From positions 2,208,001 to 2,272,000 of the forward strand of contig OY970355.1 in assembly GCA_963718525.1 (NCBI GenBank): a stretch of DNA of 64,000 nucleotides, written 5' to 3'. The translations under genes were made by a program, and so were the position numbers. The DNA is from Candidatus Dormiibacterota bacterium. GTDB lineage: Bacteria > Chloroflexota > Dormibacteria > Aeolococcales > Aeolococcaceae. The notes below the pieces were generated by a model. The model was not told where the DNA came from, did no database searches, and saw nothing but the letters and a program-made list of their open reading frames with translations. Shown here one piece after another: positions 51,238 through 61,089 of the stretch (within the stretch, counting starts at the first letter, position 1; every line of letters begins with the position of its first letter).

Positions 51238-52332
51238 ATGACAAGGGTCGCCACGGCCGCACTGGCGGGGCGCCCGATGTTCAGACCTCGGACGCTGAAA
51301 CTCGTTGCGGGCTTGGGCGCGATGCTCATCGCCATCGTGTTCACCGGGTGCAGCAGCCAGCCGGCAAACGCGCCGCCCAGCTCGCCGACACCAACGACGT
51401 CCGCCGGGACTGACCCCGGCTCCGCGGCCAACGACCTGCAGAACGCATTTGTCGCGGTCGTCGAGCGTGTGCGTCCTTCGATCGTGCAGATTCAGACCGA
51501 CCTCGGTCTCGGCTCTGGGGTCGTTTACAACGACAACGGCGATGTCGTGACCAATAACCATGTCGTCTCCGGGGCGTCGACCATCGAGGTCACCACGGCG
51601 GAGGGCAAGACGCAGGCCGCGTCGCTCGTGGGTACGTTCGCCGCCGGCGACCTCGCAGTCATCCATGTCGCGGGTCACCTCGATCCGGCCGCGTTCGCGG
51701 ACTCCGCCACTCTGAAGGTCGGCATGATCGTGCTCGCCATCGGTAACCCGCTCGGGCTTCAGAGCAGCGTGACCGAGGGAATCGTCAGCGCAGTCGACCG
51801 GACGGTCTCCGAACCCGGTGGTATCACGCTTCCCGACACCATCCAGACGAGTGCGGCCATCAACCCGGGCAACAGCGGAGGTGCGTTGGTCAACCTCGCG
51901 GGCCAGGTGGTCGGGATCCCAACACTTACCGCCGGCGATCCGACCCTGGGCGCCGCTGCAAACGGCATCGGATTCGCCATACCGGCGAACACCGTCAAGG
52001 ACATCACGAGCCAGATCATTACCAATGGCCGTGTCGTGAATTCGCATCGCGCAGATCTCGGACTCCGCACGAGCACGGTCGTCGACAATACGAACACTCC
52101 TGTCGGTGTGTTGATAGTCGCGGTGACGGCCGGCGGCTCTGCCGCAACCGCTGGGCTGACCACCGGCGAGGTCATCGTCCAGTTTGCGAGCGTGCGGATT
52201 CGGACAACGACAGACCTTTCGCTTGCACTCGCTGACAGCCAACCGGGTCAAATGATCTCGCTCACCGTGATCACGTCCACCGGAACCCAGCGAGTTGTAT
52301 CCGCGACCGTGGGTGAGCTCCCGGCTGGCTAG
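51238..52332 (+). CDS. HtrA-like S1C serine protease with PDZ domain (lipoprotein)
   Basis: TNNHV, DLAVI, INPGNSGGAL triad; FTGC lipobox. Confidence 0.92.
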   Translation: MTRVATAALAGRPMFRPRTLKLVAGLGAMLIAIVFTGCSSQPANAPPSSPTPTTSAGTDPGSAANDLQNAFVAVVERVRPSIVQIQTDLGLGSGVVYNDNGDVVTNNHVVSGASTIEVTTAEGKTQAASLVGTFAAGDLAVIHVAGHLDPAAFADSATLKVGMIVLAIGNPLGLQSSVTEGIVSAVDRTVSEPGGITLPDTIQTSAAINPGNSGGALVNLAGQVVGIPTLTAGDPTLGAAANGIGFAIPANTVKDITSQIITNGRVVNSHRADLGLRTSTVVDNTNTPVGVLIVAVTAGGSAATAGLTTGEVIVQFASVRIRTTTDLSLALADSQPGQMISLTVITSTGTQRVVSATVGELPAG

Positions 52333-54755
52333 GGACGGGCACCCTTCACGGTCGCAGGCCTCGAACCGCGTGCGCGCCGTTGCAGCACAACTGAGAGGCG
52401 GGCGCTGATCCGCAAGACAAGCGCTAACAGGACGATGGCCAGGGCCGTGATCGCGGCGGCCTCGAGCCACTCAGCGGGGTCGAGCAGCGCCAGTCCATAG
52501 ACGAAGCGACCGACCTCGAGCGTGAACGCGAGCACCGCTCCTGCTGTCATCGCCGCCAGGAGACCGAGCCGCCACCAGCCGATGGGTTGGGCCACGCGTC
52601 CGACAATCCAGAGGCCGATCCCGAGCAGCACGACCGTGGCGACGGTTCTCGAGTCATCGATGCTGTTCCCAGCCGCCATCGCGATCTCGAATGCCGCGTA
52701 GGACGCAACGCCGGCGACGACACCGGCCGGAATCGCGAAGAACAGCGTTCGCGAGACGAACCCTGCTCGAGCTCGCTCCGCACTCGGGGCGAACGACAGA
52801 GCGAAGGCTGGGACGCCGATGGCCAAAAGGCCGACAAGCGAGAGTTGTCGCGGGAGGAGTGGGAACGGCATCGCGCGCAGTGCGACGGCGGCCGCAAGCA
52901 CCATCGCGTAGACCGACTTGGTGAGGAAGAAGGTCGCAACTCGCTCAAGGTTCGCAATCACGCGTCGGCCTTCGCCGATGGCGAACGGAACGCTGACAAA
53001 TGAATCATGGACGAGGGTAAGACGTGCAACAGCTCGCGCGGCCGCGCTCCCGGACCCCATCGCGACGCTGACGTCCGCCGCTTTGAGTGCCAGAACATCA
53101 TTCACCCCGTCGCCGGCCATGGCGACGACATGCCCGCGCGCCTGGAGGGCTCGCACAAGATCGCGTTTCTGCTGGGGACTCAGACGGCCGAAAATGGCTG
53201 TCCCCTCGGCGATCCGCTGCAACTCAGCAGCATCACTTGGAAGGTCGGGGCCGGAAAGCGGGTGATCCGCTCCCTGCATGCCAGCCGCCGCAGCCAGCGC
53301 GGCGACGGTGGCGGGATGATCGCCGGAGAGCACCTTGACCGCGACGCCCTGATCCCGATAGTAGGCAAGGATCCGGGAGGCATCCGGACGGAGCCGCTCG
53401 CGGAGGACGACCAAAGCGAGCGGCTCCACGGCCGTCATGGCTTCATCGATCGCGGGCAGCGAACTGAGCTGCCCGATCAGCATGACCCGGTGTCCTGCCT
53501 GCGCGAGTTCCTCCGCTCTCGCACGTGCACCCGCTGCGCCGGGCGAGAGCGTGAGCACCTCCGGCGCTCCGAGGATCCACGAGCCTCGACCTTCGAAGCT
53601 CGCACCACTCCACTTACGCCCGGAAGAGAAAGGCACGACGCTCGTCGGCTTCCAATCCCCCGGGTTCGGAAATGCCAGCGCCAGCGCAGCCAGCGTCGAG
53701 TTGGGATGAGGATCCACCGCTGCGAGCGCGCCGAGCGCAGCGACGACGCTGCTGTCGTCGCCTCCGAGTGGCACTACGGTTTCAATGCTGAGTTGACCGT
53801 CGGTGAGTGTGCCGGTCTTGTCAAGACACATCACATCAGCCCGGGCGAGCATCTCGACGCTGCCCAATTCCTGCGCGATCAGGCCACGTTGTGCGAACCG
53901 GACCGCGGCGATGGCGAAGACAACGCTGGTGAGCAGCACGAGTCCCTCGGGGATCATGGTCACGAGCCCGGCAACGGAAGAACGGACTGCCTCGACAAGA
54001 GTGTCATTGGCCTCGACCTGGCTCACGATCAATGCCGCGCCGAAGGGGACGATGAGGATCGCGATGATGAGGAGCATCCGGTCGATGCCGCGACGCACCT
54101 CGGATCGCACGGGAGCGAAACGGCGCGCTTCAGCGGCGAGAGCGTTCCCATACGCCGCCAGTCCCACCTTGGTACTCCGAACCAAGCCGCTGCCCCCGAC
54201 GACAAAACTTCCAGACAGCACGTCGTCACCGTCGCGCTTCTCAGCCGGAGCCGATTCCCCTGTGACGAGCAACTCGTCGATCTCGAGCCCGGTGCCATGG
54301 ATAACGCTGCCGTCCACCGGCACCTGATCACCGGCATGCAGATCGAGGACATCCCCAACCACAACAGCCGATGCGGGGATGTCCTGCTCGGCACTATCAC
54401 GAATGACGCGCACCGTTGGGGATGTGAGCACCGCCAGCCGGTCGAGTGTCCGCTTGGCGCGGAGCTCCTGAGCGATGCCAATCGGGGTGTTCACGAGTAA
54501 CACGAGACCGAAGAGGGCGTCCTGCAGCGGTCCGATGACAAGAATCGCCACCAGCAGAACGCCGAGCAACACGTTGAACCGGGTGAAGAGGTTGCTAGCG
54601 AGAATCGAGATCACCGTACGGCTCGTTCCAGTTGGAACCGAGTTGACCTCACCCCGAACCCGCCGCTGAACCACCTCGTCTGAGCTGAGGCCCTGCTCCC
54701 GCGCCACGTCGGCAGCGCTGTCGGCGGCGACGGGCGTCAAGGCCTGCGGGGTCAT
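52329..54755 (-). CDS. CtpE-like cation-transporting P-type ATPase
   Basis: TGES, IPEGL, CLDKTGTLT, FSSGRKWS, GDGVND, FLTKSVY. Confidence 0.88.
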   Translation of the reverse strand: MTPQALTPVAADSAADVAREQGLSSDEVVQRRVRGEVNSVPTGTSRTVISILASNLFTRFNVLLGVLLVAILVIGPLQDALFGLVLLVNTPIGIAQELRAKRTLDRLAVLTSPTVRVIRDSAEQDIPASAVVVGDVLDLHAGDQVPVDGSVIHGTGLEIDELLVTGESAPAEKRDGDDVLSGSFVVGGSGLVRSTKVGLAAYGNALAAEARRFAPVRSEVRRGIDRMLLIIAILIVPFGAALIVSQVEANDTLVEAVRSSVAGLVTMIPEGLVLLTSVVFAIAAVRFAQRGLIAQELGSVEMLARADVMCLDKTGTLTDGQLSIETVVPLGGDDSSVVAALGALAAVDPHPNSTLAALALAFPNPGDWKPTSVVPFSSGRKWSGASFEGRGSWILGAPEVLTLSPGAAGARARAEELAQAGHRVMLIGQLSSLPAIDEAMTAVEPLALVVLRERLRPDASRILAYYRDQGVAVKVLSGDHPATVAALAAAAGMQGADHPLSGPDLPSDAAELQRIAEGTAIFGRLSPQQKRDLVRALQARGHVVAMAGDGVNDVLALKAADVSVAMGSGSAAARAVARLTLVHDSFVSVPFAIGEGRRVIANLERVATFFLTKSVYAMVLAAAVALRAMPFPLLPRQLSLVGLLAIGVPAFALSFAPSAERARAGFVSRTLFFAIPAGVVAGVASYAAFEIAMAAGNSIDDSRTVATVVLLGIGLWIVGRVAQPIGWWRLGLLAAMTAGAVLAFTLEVGRFVYGLALLDPAEWLEAAAITALAIVLLALVLRISARLSVVLQRRARGSRPATVKGARP

Positions 54756-57088
54756 CCGGTTCGTCGAATCGGCGCTTCGTCGTGCTCACCCAGCACGGCG
54801 ATGAGGCGCGCCTCCTCCCCAGATCGGTGCAGGCTCAGGACCGCCGACAAGCTGTAGAGAACGCGGCGCAGCCCTATCAACTCCTCGTCGTCAGGTCCGG
54901 TCGGATCCAGTGCGTCGATCATGCCGCTGAGCACGCGAGACAGATGTGCGACCTCGGCGTGCTCGCGACGTGCCACCGCCACGCTCTCCGGGCCCCCGAT
55001 GTAACTGGAGACCACAGGGTATAGATGCTGCTCTTCCTCCTGTTCGTGCGGCAGGAGTTCGTCGTGCAAGAAGCGCATCACCTCCTCGAGGCGCGTGCGG
55101 GCAACAGCGCTCGGAAGACGCCCGAGCGCATCGGCGAGGTTTCTGAGCTCCGCTGTTTCGTGTTCCATCGCCGCGTGCTCGAGGAGCACCTGACGTCCGG
55201 CACCCAGCACGACTTCGGAAGGTCGGGGCTCCTCACGGCCACCGCGGGCGCGCAGGGCATTCAGGATCACTGCAACATCGATCGCTTCCTGCACGACGGC
55301 GCCGACAACGGGCACGAGCCCGCCGAATGACGCGATGGCCATCGCGACAAGCGAGAGCCCCATCCCGACGGCGATGCTCTGCAACGCGATGTGGTGGGAA
55401 CGACGGGCAATCTGGACGGCTTCGGCGAGTCGATCGATGCGATCAACCATGAGCACCACGTCCGCCGCCTCGGATGACGCTGTTGCCCCGCGAACTCCCA
55501 TAGCGACGCCGACATCAGCAAAGGCCAACGCCGGTGCGTCATTGATGCCGTCGCCAACCATGACAACGATGCCTCGCTCGCGCTCCTCGCGTACGACCTC
55601 GACCTTCTCGGCCGGTGTGCGCTCGGCATAGACGGCGTCGACGCCGATCGCCGAGGCGACCGCTTGAGCCACGTCCGGATGGTCCCCTGTGACCATCACC
55701 ACGCGGCGCATGCCGGCCTTCCGAAGACGTGCGACGGCATGCGCGCTGTCAGGGCGCAGCGGGTCCTCCAGCACCATCGCACCGACCAGAACGCCGTCGA
55801 CGCCAACGAACACGTTGGCGAGGCCCTCGTAGGCAGTGCGTCTGCGCACGCGCGCGGCCCAAGCCGGCACTGCGCCCCCGTCCGCCACATACGTGGCGCG
55901 GCCGACCATCACGCGGCGTCCGGCCACGCCTCCACGTACGCCGCTGCCCGGGTCCTCGTGAACGTCGTCGGGAAGCGTGAGGTGGAGGCCCTGGGCGCGA
56001 GCTGCCTGGACGATCGGCCGGGCGAGAGCATGTGTCGAAACCTGATCCAGCGAAGCGCCGAGTCGCAGCACCTCATCCGCACAGAGACTCCCGTCGGTTT
56101 CGATGTTGGCAACTCGTGCACGACCTTCTGTCAGCGTGCCGGTCTTGTCGAAGAGGAGGACATCCGCACGTCCGAGCGTTTCGAGTGCCGCGCCGCCTTT
56201 GACGACGATGCCCCGACGCGCAGCTCGCGACATGCCCCCAACGAGCGCAATCGGCGCCGCGAGGATGAGGGGGCAAGGCGTGGCCACCACCAGAACAGCG
56301 ACAGCCCTGATGGGGTCGCGGGCGAGGATTCCCGACAGTCCGGCCATCGCGATGGTCAGGGGTACGAACCACAGAGCAAATCGGTCGGCTACGCGCACCA
56401 GGGGTGCGCGCGACTCCTGCGCCTGGCGAACCAGCCGCACGATACCGGCATAGGTGCTTTCCTCGGCGGTTGCGGTGCTACGGAGGCGAAAGGCGCCACC
56501 CGCATTGACACCCCCGCTCCGGACCGGATCACCTCTTACCCGCTCGACAAGCGCGGTTTCGCCGGTGAGTGCGGATTCATCGAATACGGCAGTGCCAGTC
56601 TCCAATTGGCCGTCGACAGGAACCACCTCACCGGGAGCAACGATGAGCATGTCACCAGGACGGACGGTGTCGATCGCCTGGGGGATCAGCGTGTCACCTT
56701 CAACGCGGTGCACCACGGTCGGCGCCCGCGACAGTAGCGCGGACAGCTCTCGGCGAGCCCGAGCCGATGCCCTCGCCTCGAGCTCGCGACCTGTAGCGAG
56801 CATGAAGGCGATGACGGCACCGGCAAGGTATTCGCCGACAGCGAGGGTGCCACCCAGAGCCAGCACCGCGACGATGTCGACGCCGGCGCGATGACGCAGC
56901 AGGTCACGCGCGACGCCGAAGGTCGTCGGAAGCAGGGCGACCGAGGCTGTGGTACCCCAGAGAACGTTCGCTGCCGCGATCGGCCCGAGGATGCGCAGAA
57001 CCCCGCCTGAGGTCAGGCCTGTCAGGGCAACGACCAGCTGCAGTGTTTGCGCGCTCGGAAGCCGGGGGCCTCGGATGCTCACGCTCAA
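54752..57088 (-). CDS. P1B-5-type heavy-metal P-type ATPase with C-terminal hemerythrin-like domain
   Basis: ATPCPL, DKTGTLT, QEAID; C-terminal EH...HEQEEE..LYP...EH...HRSGEE. Confidence 0.88.
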   Translation of the reverse strand: MSVSIRGPRLPSAQTLQLVVALTGLTSGGVLRILGPIAAANVLWGTTASVALLPTTFGVARDLLRHRAGVDIVAVLALGGTLAVGEYLAGAVIAFMLATGRELEARASARARRELSALLSRAPTVVHRVEGDTLIPQAIDTVRPGDMLIVAPGEVVPVDGQLETGTAVFDESALTGETALVERVRGDPVRSGGVNAGGAFRLRSTATAEESTYAGIVRLVRQAQESRAPLVRVADRFALWFVPLTIAMAGLSGILARDPIRAVAVLVVATPCPLILAAPIALVGGMSRAARRGIVVKGGAALETLGRADVLLFDKTGTLTEGRARVANIETDGSLCADEVLRLGASLDQVSTHALARPIVQAARAQGLHLTLPDDVHEDPGSGVRGGVAGRRVMVGRATYVADGGAVPAWAARVRRRTAYEGLANVFVGVDGVLVGAMVLEDPLRPDSAHAVARLRKAGMRRVVMVTGDHPDVAQAVASAIGVDAVYAERTPAEKVEVVREERERGIVVMVGDGINDAPALAFADVGVAMGVRGATASSEAADVVLMVDRIDRLAEAVQIARRSHHIALQSIAVGMGLSLVAMAIASFGGLVPVVGAVVQEAIDVAVILNALRARGGREEPRPSEVVLGAGRQVLLEHAAMEHETAELRNLADALGRLPSAVARTRLEEVMRFLHDELLPHEQEEEQHLYPVVSSYIGGPESVAVARREHAEVAHLSRVLSGMIDALDPTGPDDEELIGLRRVLYSLSAVLSLHRSGEEARLIAVLGEHDEAPIRRTG

Positions 57089-57864
57089 GCCGCGCTGCGG
57101 GTCTGCCCGGCGACTGCCGCGCGGACGCTTGCAATGGTTCCGTCCGGGTCCGCCACGTCAATCTCCAGGCGCGAGTAGTCCTCCTGTTGGAGTTGCACCA
57201 CGAGGGCGTTCGCGGGATCACTCACGTTCCAGAACACGCGCGCGCCGCCGTGATGGAATCTCGGCGCACCAAAGACACCGGGGACCCAGCTTCCGAGTCC
57301 GAGGAAGCCGCGCAACTGCTCGTCCGGTCCATGCGTCGTTCGATCCACCCGACAGATATGTGCAAGAGGAATCTCGAGCGGCCGTCTAAACGCCAGGAGA
57401 GCCGAAGCGCCGGGAAACCGTACCATCACCCGATCGGCCAGCACTTCCACCTGAGCCGCTTGCATGGGGCCGGCCAGTCGTAACGACATTGCGATGAGGA
57501 CGAGGCCGGCAAGGACGATCAGCGATTGCTGGGGGCTGAAGCCGATGAGGGCTTGCTCAACGCCTTCGAATAACACCAGCATCGCACCGCTGGCCAGCAC
57601 CATTTCCGCGGCATTGCGCGTGCGCAGGCCAACGGCAACGGCTGCGATGAGGGTCCCGCCGCCGACCATAACCACGAGCAGGATGCCCGGCACGAGGTAG
57701 TCACTGAATCCTGCTTGGGAGAGGGTGCCCTTGGTCATCCCAAGCAGAGAGCCATCAGTTCGCGCGATGAAAAGGAGCCCAGCGACCAATGCGGCGATTC
57801 CGACAAGGCCTTCGATGACCATGATGGTCACGCGGGTCCCTTTCTGTGAATTTCCTCTGCTCAT
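57085..57864 (-). CDS. Hypothetical membrane protein with PH-like C-terminal domain
   Basis: Four TMs (FSDYLVPGILL) then a soluble domain (PLAHI...GSWVPG...FW). Confidence 0.6.
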   Translation of the reverse strand: MSRGNSQKGTRVTIMVIEGLVGIAALVAGLLFIARTDGSLLGMTKGTLSQAGFSDYLVPGILLVVMVGGGTLIAAVAVGLRTRNAAEMVLASGAMLVLFEGVEQALIGFSPQQSLIVLAGLVLIAMSLRLAGPMQAAQVEVLADRVMVRFPGASALLAFRRPLEIPLAHICRVDRTTHGPDEQLRGFLGLGSWVPGVFGAPRFHHGGARVFWNVSDPANALVVQLQQEDYSRLEIDVADPDGTIASVRAAVAGQTRSAA

Positions 57865-59038
57865 GGACGTGCCTCCTTGGCGAACCGACGAGTCGTCCGA
57901 TTCAACAGGTTCAACTAGACGCTCTTGGCGGCTCGTTGACGAGGGGAGGACGTAACAAGTCTCTCGGGCCTTTCGGCACGGTGGACCCGGACGGCGGGTG
58001 ACGCGTCGCCAGCGTGGTGCTGGGTCCACCGATGAACGCCAACCCGCCGCATTCCACCAAGCCGGTTACGCGCAGGCGGCAGTACCGCGCACCCGACCTT
58101 CCCTCAGGCTCGGCGTCGTGAGTTCGCGACGCTGCTGATCACCACGCTGGTGGCGAAGAGCGCCACGATCAGCCAAAAAACACTAGCCGTAGCGAGGTAC
58201 ACGACAGCACCGACAATCGCGGCGACGATCACTCGTAGGGCGACGGCCCATACGAACTGGATGGGGGTCAATCCGAGCCATCGATGGTTCGCACTCTCGG
58301 CGATCCTGCCCACGTTGCGCCTCCTTCCCGGCTGCCCCTGAACTCGACGAGGGCTGCTGGAAGTTACGATCGTAGGCGAAGCTTCGGACGCGGATAAGTG
58401 CCGCTTGTCACAAGTAAAGCGGCCGCACGACCCCAGCTTCGTGGCCCGGCGCCGCCGGTTCTGCGTCCGGACAACCATCCGGTTCGGCGTCACGCCTGCG
58501 CAACTCGATGCCGGACGCAAGAGCCCGGCAACGGCTGTGACTTGCATCCCGCTTGCCTGCTCGACTGCGGCAAGCGGGAACCATTCCGTCAGGGCCGACG
58601 GCAAGAAGAAGCGCATCCACCGCCATGGAGCCACTTCGAACTCCTGATGCCTCTCTCGTGGATCTTTAGGGCGTCCCGCCCGGCGTGTCCAGATCCGCGT
58701 TACGCTGTGTGAGAAGAGAGAGTCGCCGCCTCCAAAGGTTGGGGGACCGACTGGCGGCGACTCTCGAAGAGGGGGGATCTCTAGCCTGCGCTCCAATCCT
58801 TTCGTAACGCTGGCGTTTGGCGCTGTGAAGCAACACCCACAAAACGGGTGCTGCGTATCGCCGCAATCACCGTGACGGCTCCGCGCTCGTTGCCATACTC
58901 TGACTCGTCGTGACGCCCTCTGTACCAGGGCGATTCGAGTTGGCGATCGACTGGGCGGCCCCGGGGGGTGGCTTGGGGCCCACGACTGCTCGACGCGGTG
59001 CAATCAGACTTTGTCTGCGTCATCCGCAGACGGACTGA

Positions 59039-59434
59039 CTAGCTTTCGAGGAGTGTCGCCGCTCCTGCGCCCTCGCCGGCGGCCGCGACTTGGAGCGCCA
59101 CGCGATCGGCGACGCCATAGATCAGTTCGGCCAGCTCCGCAGCGTCCTCGGTGGCGTGTGGCATGCGGAACACGTTTCGCGCGCCGCCTTTGCCAGGAAG
59201 CCAGAAGCTCACTACCACGCGGGGGGGACCCTGCCGACCCTCCACCTCGATGTAGGGGAGCGGCTTGTCTGCTCGTTCGGAGAGATCTCCGATTCCTGCA
59301 TCGGCTCCCTCATCCCGCAGAGCGCGGGCGGTATTCACGATGGTCTCGGCCAGCTCTCTGGCATCCAGGGTTGTGTAGGCGACCCTCATGGCGTCACGCA
59401 GCTCGCCCTTCGCATCAGGAATGCGGGCGATCAA
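59039..59434 (-). CDS. Hypothetical protein
   Basis: Protein-like composition; no family recognised. Confidence 0.4.
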   Translation of the reverse strand: MIARIPDAKGELRDAMRVAYTTLDARELAETIVNTARALRDEGADAGIGDLSERADKPLPYIEVEGRQGPPRVVVSFWLPGKGGARNVFRMPHATEDAAELAELIYGVADRVALQVAAAGEGAGAATLLES

Positions 59435-59630
59435 GCGCCACCCCTGCGCACGGCTCGATCTGGCCCTCCACGTCTATCCATCCCAGGGGGTTACCTGAGC
59501 GATCGGTCGCTTCGGCGAATCGGCACGTCATCGAGCAGAAGACGGCATCACCCCGATTGGGGTAGAACGGGCGACGGCAGTTCGGATTCGCACATGGGAT
59601 CGGACGTGATCCCGCCCCGGGCGACATCAT
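59415..59630 (-). CDS. Small Cys4 zinc-finger-like protein
   Basis: CANPNC...FCSMTCR. Confidence 0.45.
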   Translation of the reverse strand: MMSPGAGSRPIPCANPNCRRPFYPNRGDAVFCSMTCRFAEATDRSGNPLGWIDVEGQIEPCAGVALDRPHS

Positions 59631-59783
59631 GTCTGCACCCTAACGCGTGTGCTGTCACAGTTGGTGCCGGGCAGATCGAACCTGCTGTTGCAGGCGCTGT
59701 GGCCGCGGAATCAGACGTGAGCCCGGTTGCGTCGACTTAACTCAACACGTGTTCACACCAAGGTGACCGATGCGGGTTGACGT

Positions 59784-60569
59784 TCAGACCGACGCCGCTT
59801 CGCCTCGTACCAGCAGAGCCTCCAGACCAGGCGTCCACACGGTGCGCCGCTGGCTTGTGATCGCCAGGGCGCCGTACCCGTCGATGCCGGCCACCCAGGC
59901 TGCGCCACGCTCCCCCATAACGAACGCCGCCGTGGAGTACGCATCGGCAAATGTGAGGCTGGGCCCCACGACCGTCATGCTCAGGAGCCCGAAAGGGGGC
60001 GACCCAGTGCCTGGGTCGACGATGTGCGCGCCACGTTCGTAGGTGCCGCTGGTGGCGACGGCGATATCGCGAATGGCGAGCACAGCGGCGACGCGATCCG
60101 CCTGCTCGGGATGACGGATTCCCACACGCCACGTTCGGCCTGGTTCCGGCCGCCCTCGCACGACAACATCACCACCCGCATCGATGAAGAAGTTGCGGGC
60201 CCCGGCTGTGGCAAGCATGGTCGCCGCCCGCTCCACCGACCAGCCCTTGACCAGTCCGAGGGGGTCGATAGCGCCACCCCGTTTGATGTCGAAGCTGCCA
60301 TTGCTGCGGAGTTGGACCTCCTCGCAGAGGGCGAGGACCTCCCGTATGTCGGGTGAGCACTCATCCTCATGAAGTTCACCTCGCGACAGGCGACTGATCT
60401 CGCTGTCGGAGCGGAAGGTGCTGAAGAGTGCGTCGACGTCATGGAACCATGCGAAGACCGCATCCATCGCCCACCCGGGCAGGTCGGCATCGCGCACGTC
60501 GACTGTGATCACGGTGCCCATGACGGGCTCGGCGCGTACGGTGTTCGGCGGAGATGCGAGGGAGGGCAT
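59784..60569 (-). CDS. apbE: FAD:protein FMN transferase (short form)
   Basis: VMGT, FSTFRSDSEIS, DPLGLVKGW, AGGD, VATSGTYERGAHI, ADAYSTA. Confidence 0.9.
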   Translation of the reverse strand: MPSLASPPNTVRAEPVMGTVITVDVRDADLPGWAMDAVFAWFHDVDALFSTFRSDSEISRLSRGELHEDECSPDIREVLALCEEVQLRSNGSFDIKRGGAIDPLGLVKGWSVERAATMLATAGARNFFIDAGGDVVVRGRPEPGRTWRVGIRHPEQADRVAAVLAIRDIAVATSGTYERGAHIVDPGTGSPPFGLLSMTVVGPSLTFADAYSTAAFVMGERGAAWVAGIDGYGALAITSQRRTVWTPGLEALLVRGEAASV

Positions 60570-60577
60570 CGTGGAAC

Positions 60578-61075
60578 TCAGGCCAGGGCCAGCGCTGACT
60601 GAACGGACTGCGCGTAGCTGTCGCTGGTGAACGTGGCGCCGCTGATGATGTCGATTTGAGCGCTCTGAGCCTTGAGCACCTCGTCGTGGAGGTAGGGGAT
60701 CGCCACGGAGCTGATGTACGCGGATTGCGGTCGGTCGGTTGGATACTGCAGCGCCTTGACGTCAGTGATCTTGCCTCCAGCAACGATGACCTGCACCTGG
60801 ACATCGCCGTAAAAGTTGGGGAAGTCCTTGCCAGTGAAGGAACCGTCCTTCAGACCGGTGGCGCTGGGAGACGCGGTCGCTGCGGGCGTCCGGCCGCCGG
60901 ACGGCGGAGCCCCTGACGGCGTCACGGACGGCGGCGTACTCGATGCCGAGGGCTGCGACCGTGCAGGGAGCAGCGCCACGCCAGGGCCGGTGTTGGGCGG
61001 CGGCGTGCGGAAGCTCACCAATAGGAACACCCCGACGACGGTGGCGGCGAGGATGACGAGGGCGCGAGTAGGCAT
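60578..61075 (-). CDS. FMN-binding domain protein (ApbE substrate)
   Basis: YGDVQVQV, IDIISGATFTS flavinylation motif; N-terminal TM. Confidence 0.9.
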   Translation of the reverse strand: MPTRALVILAATVVGVFLLVSFRTPPPNTGPGVALLPARSQPSASSTPPSVTPSGAPPSGGRTPAATASPSATGLKDGSFTGKDFPNFYGDVQVQVIVAGGKITDVKALQYPTDRPQSAYISSVAIPYLHDEVLKAQSAQIDIISGATFTSDSYAQSVQSALALA

Positions 61076-61089
61076 ATTGGGACCTCAGT

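Noticed and set aside
58740-58748. TGGGGGACC as a sixth att core
   Set aside because: Only a 9-bp match with no arms or T-arm; expected by chance at this GC content.
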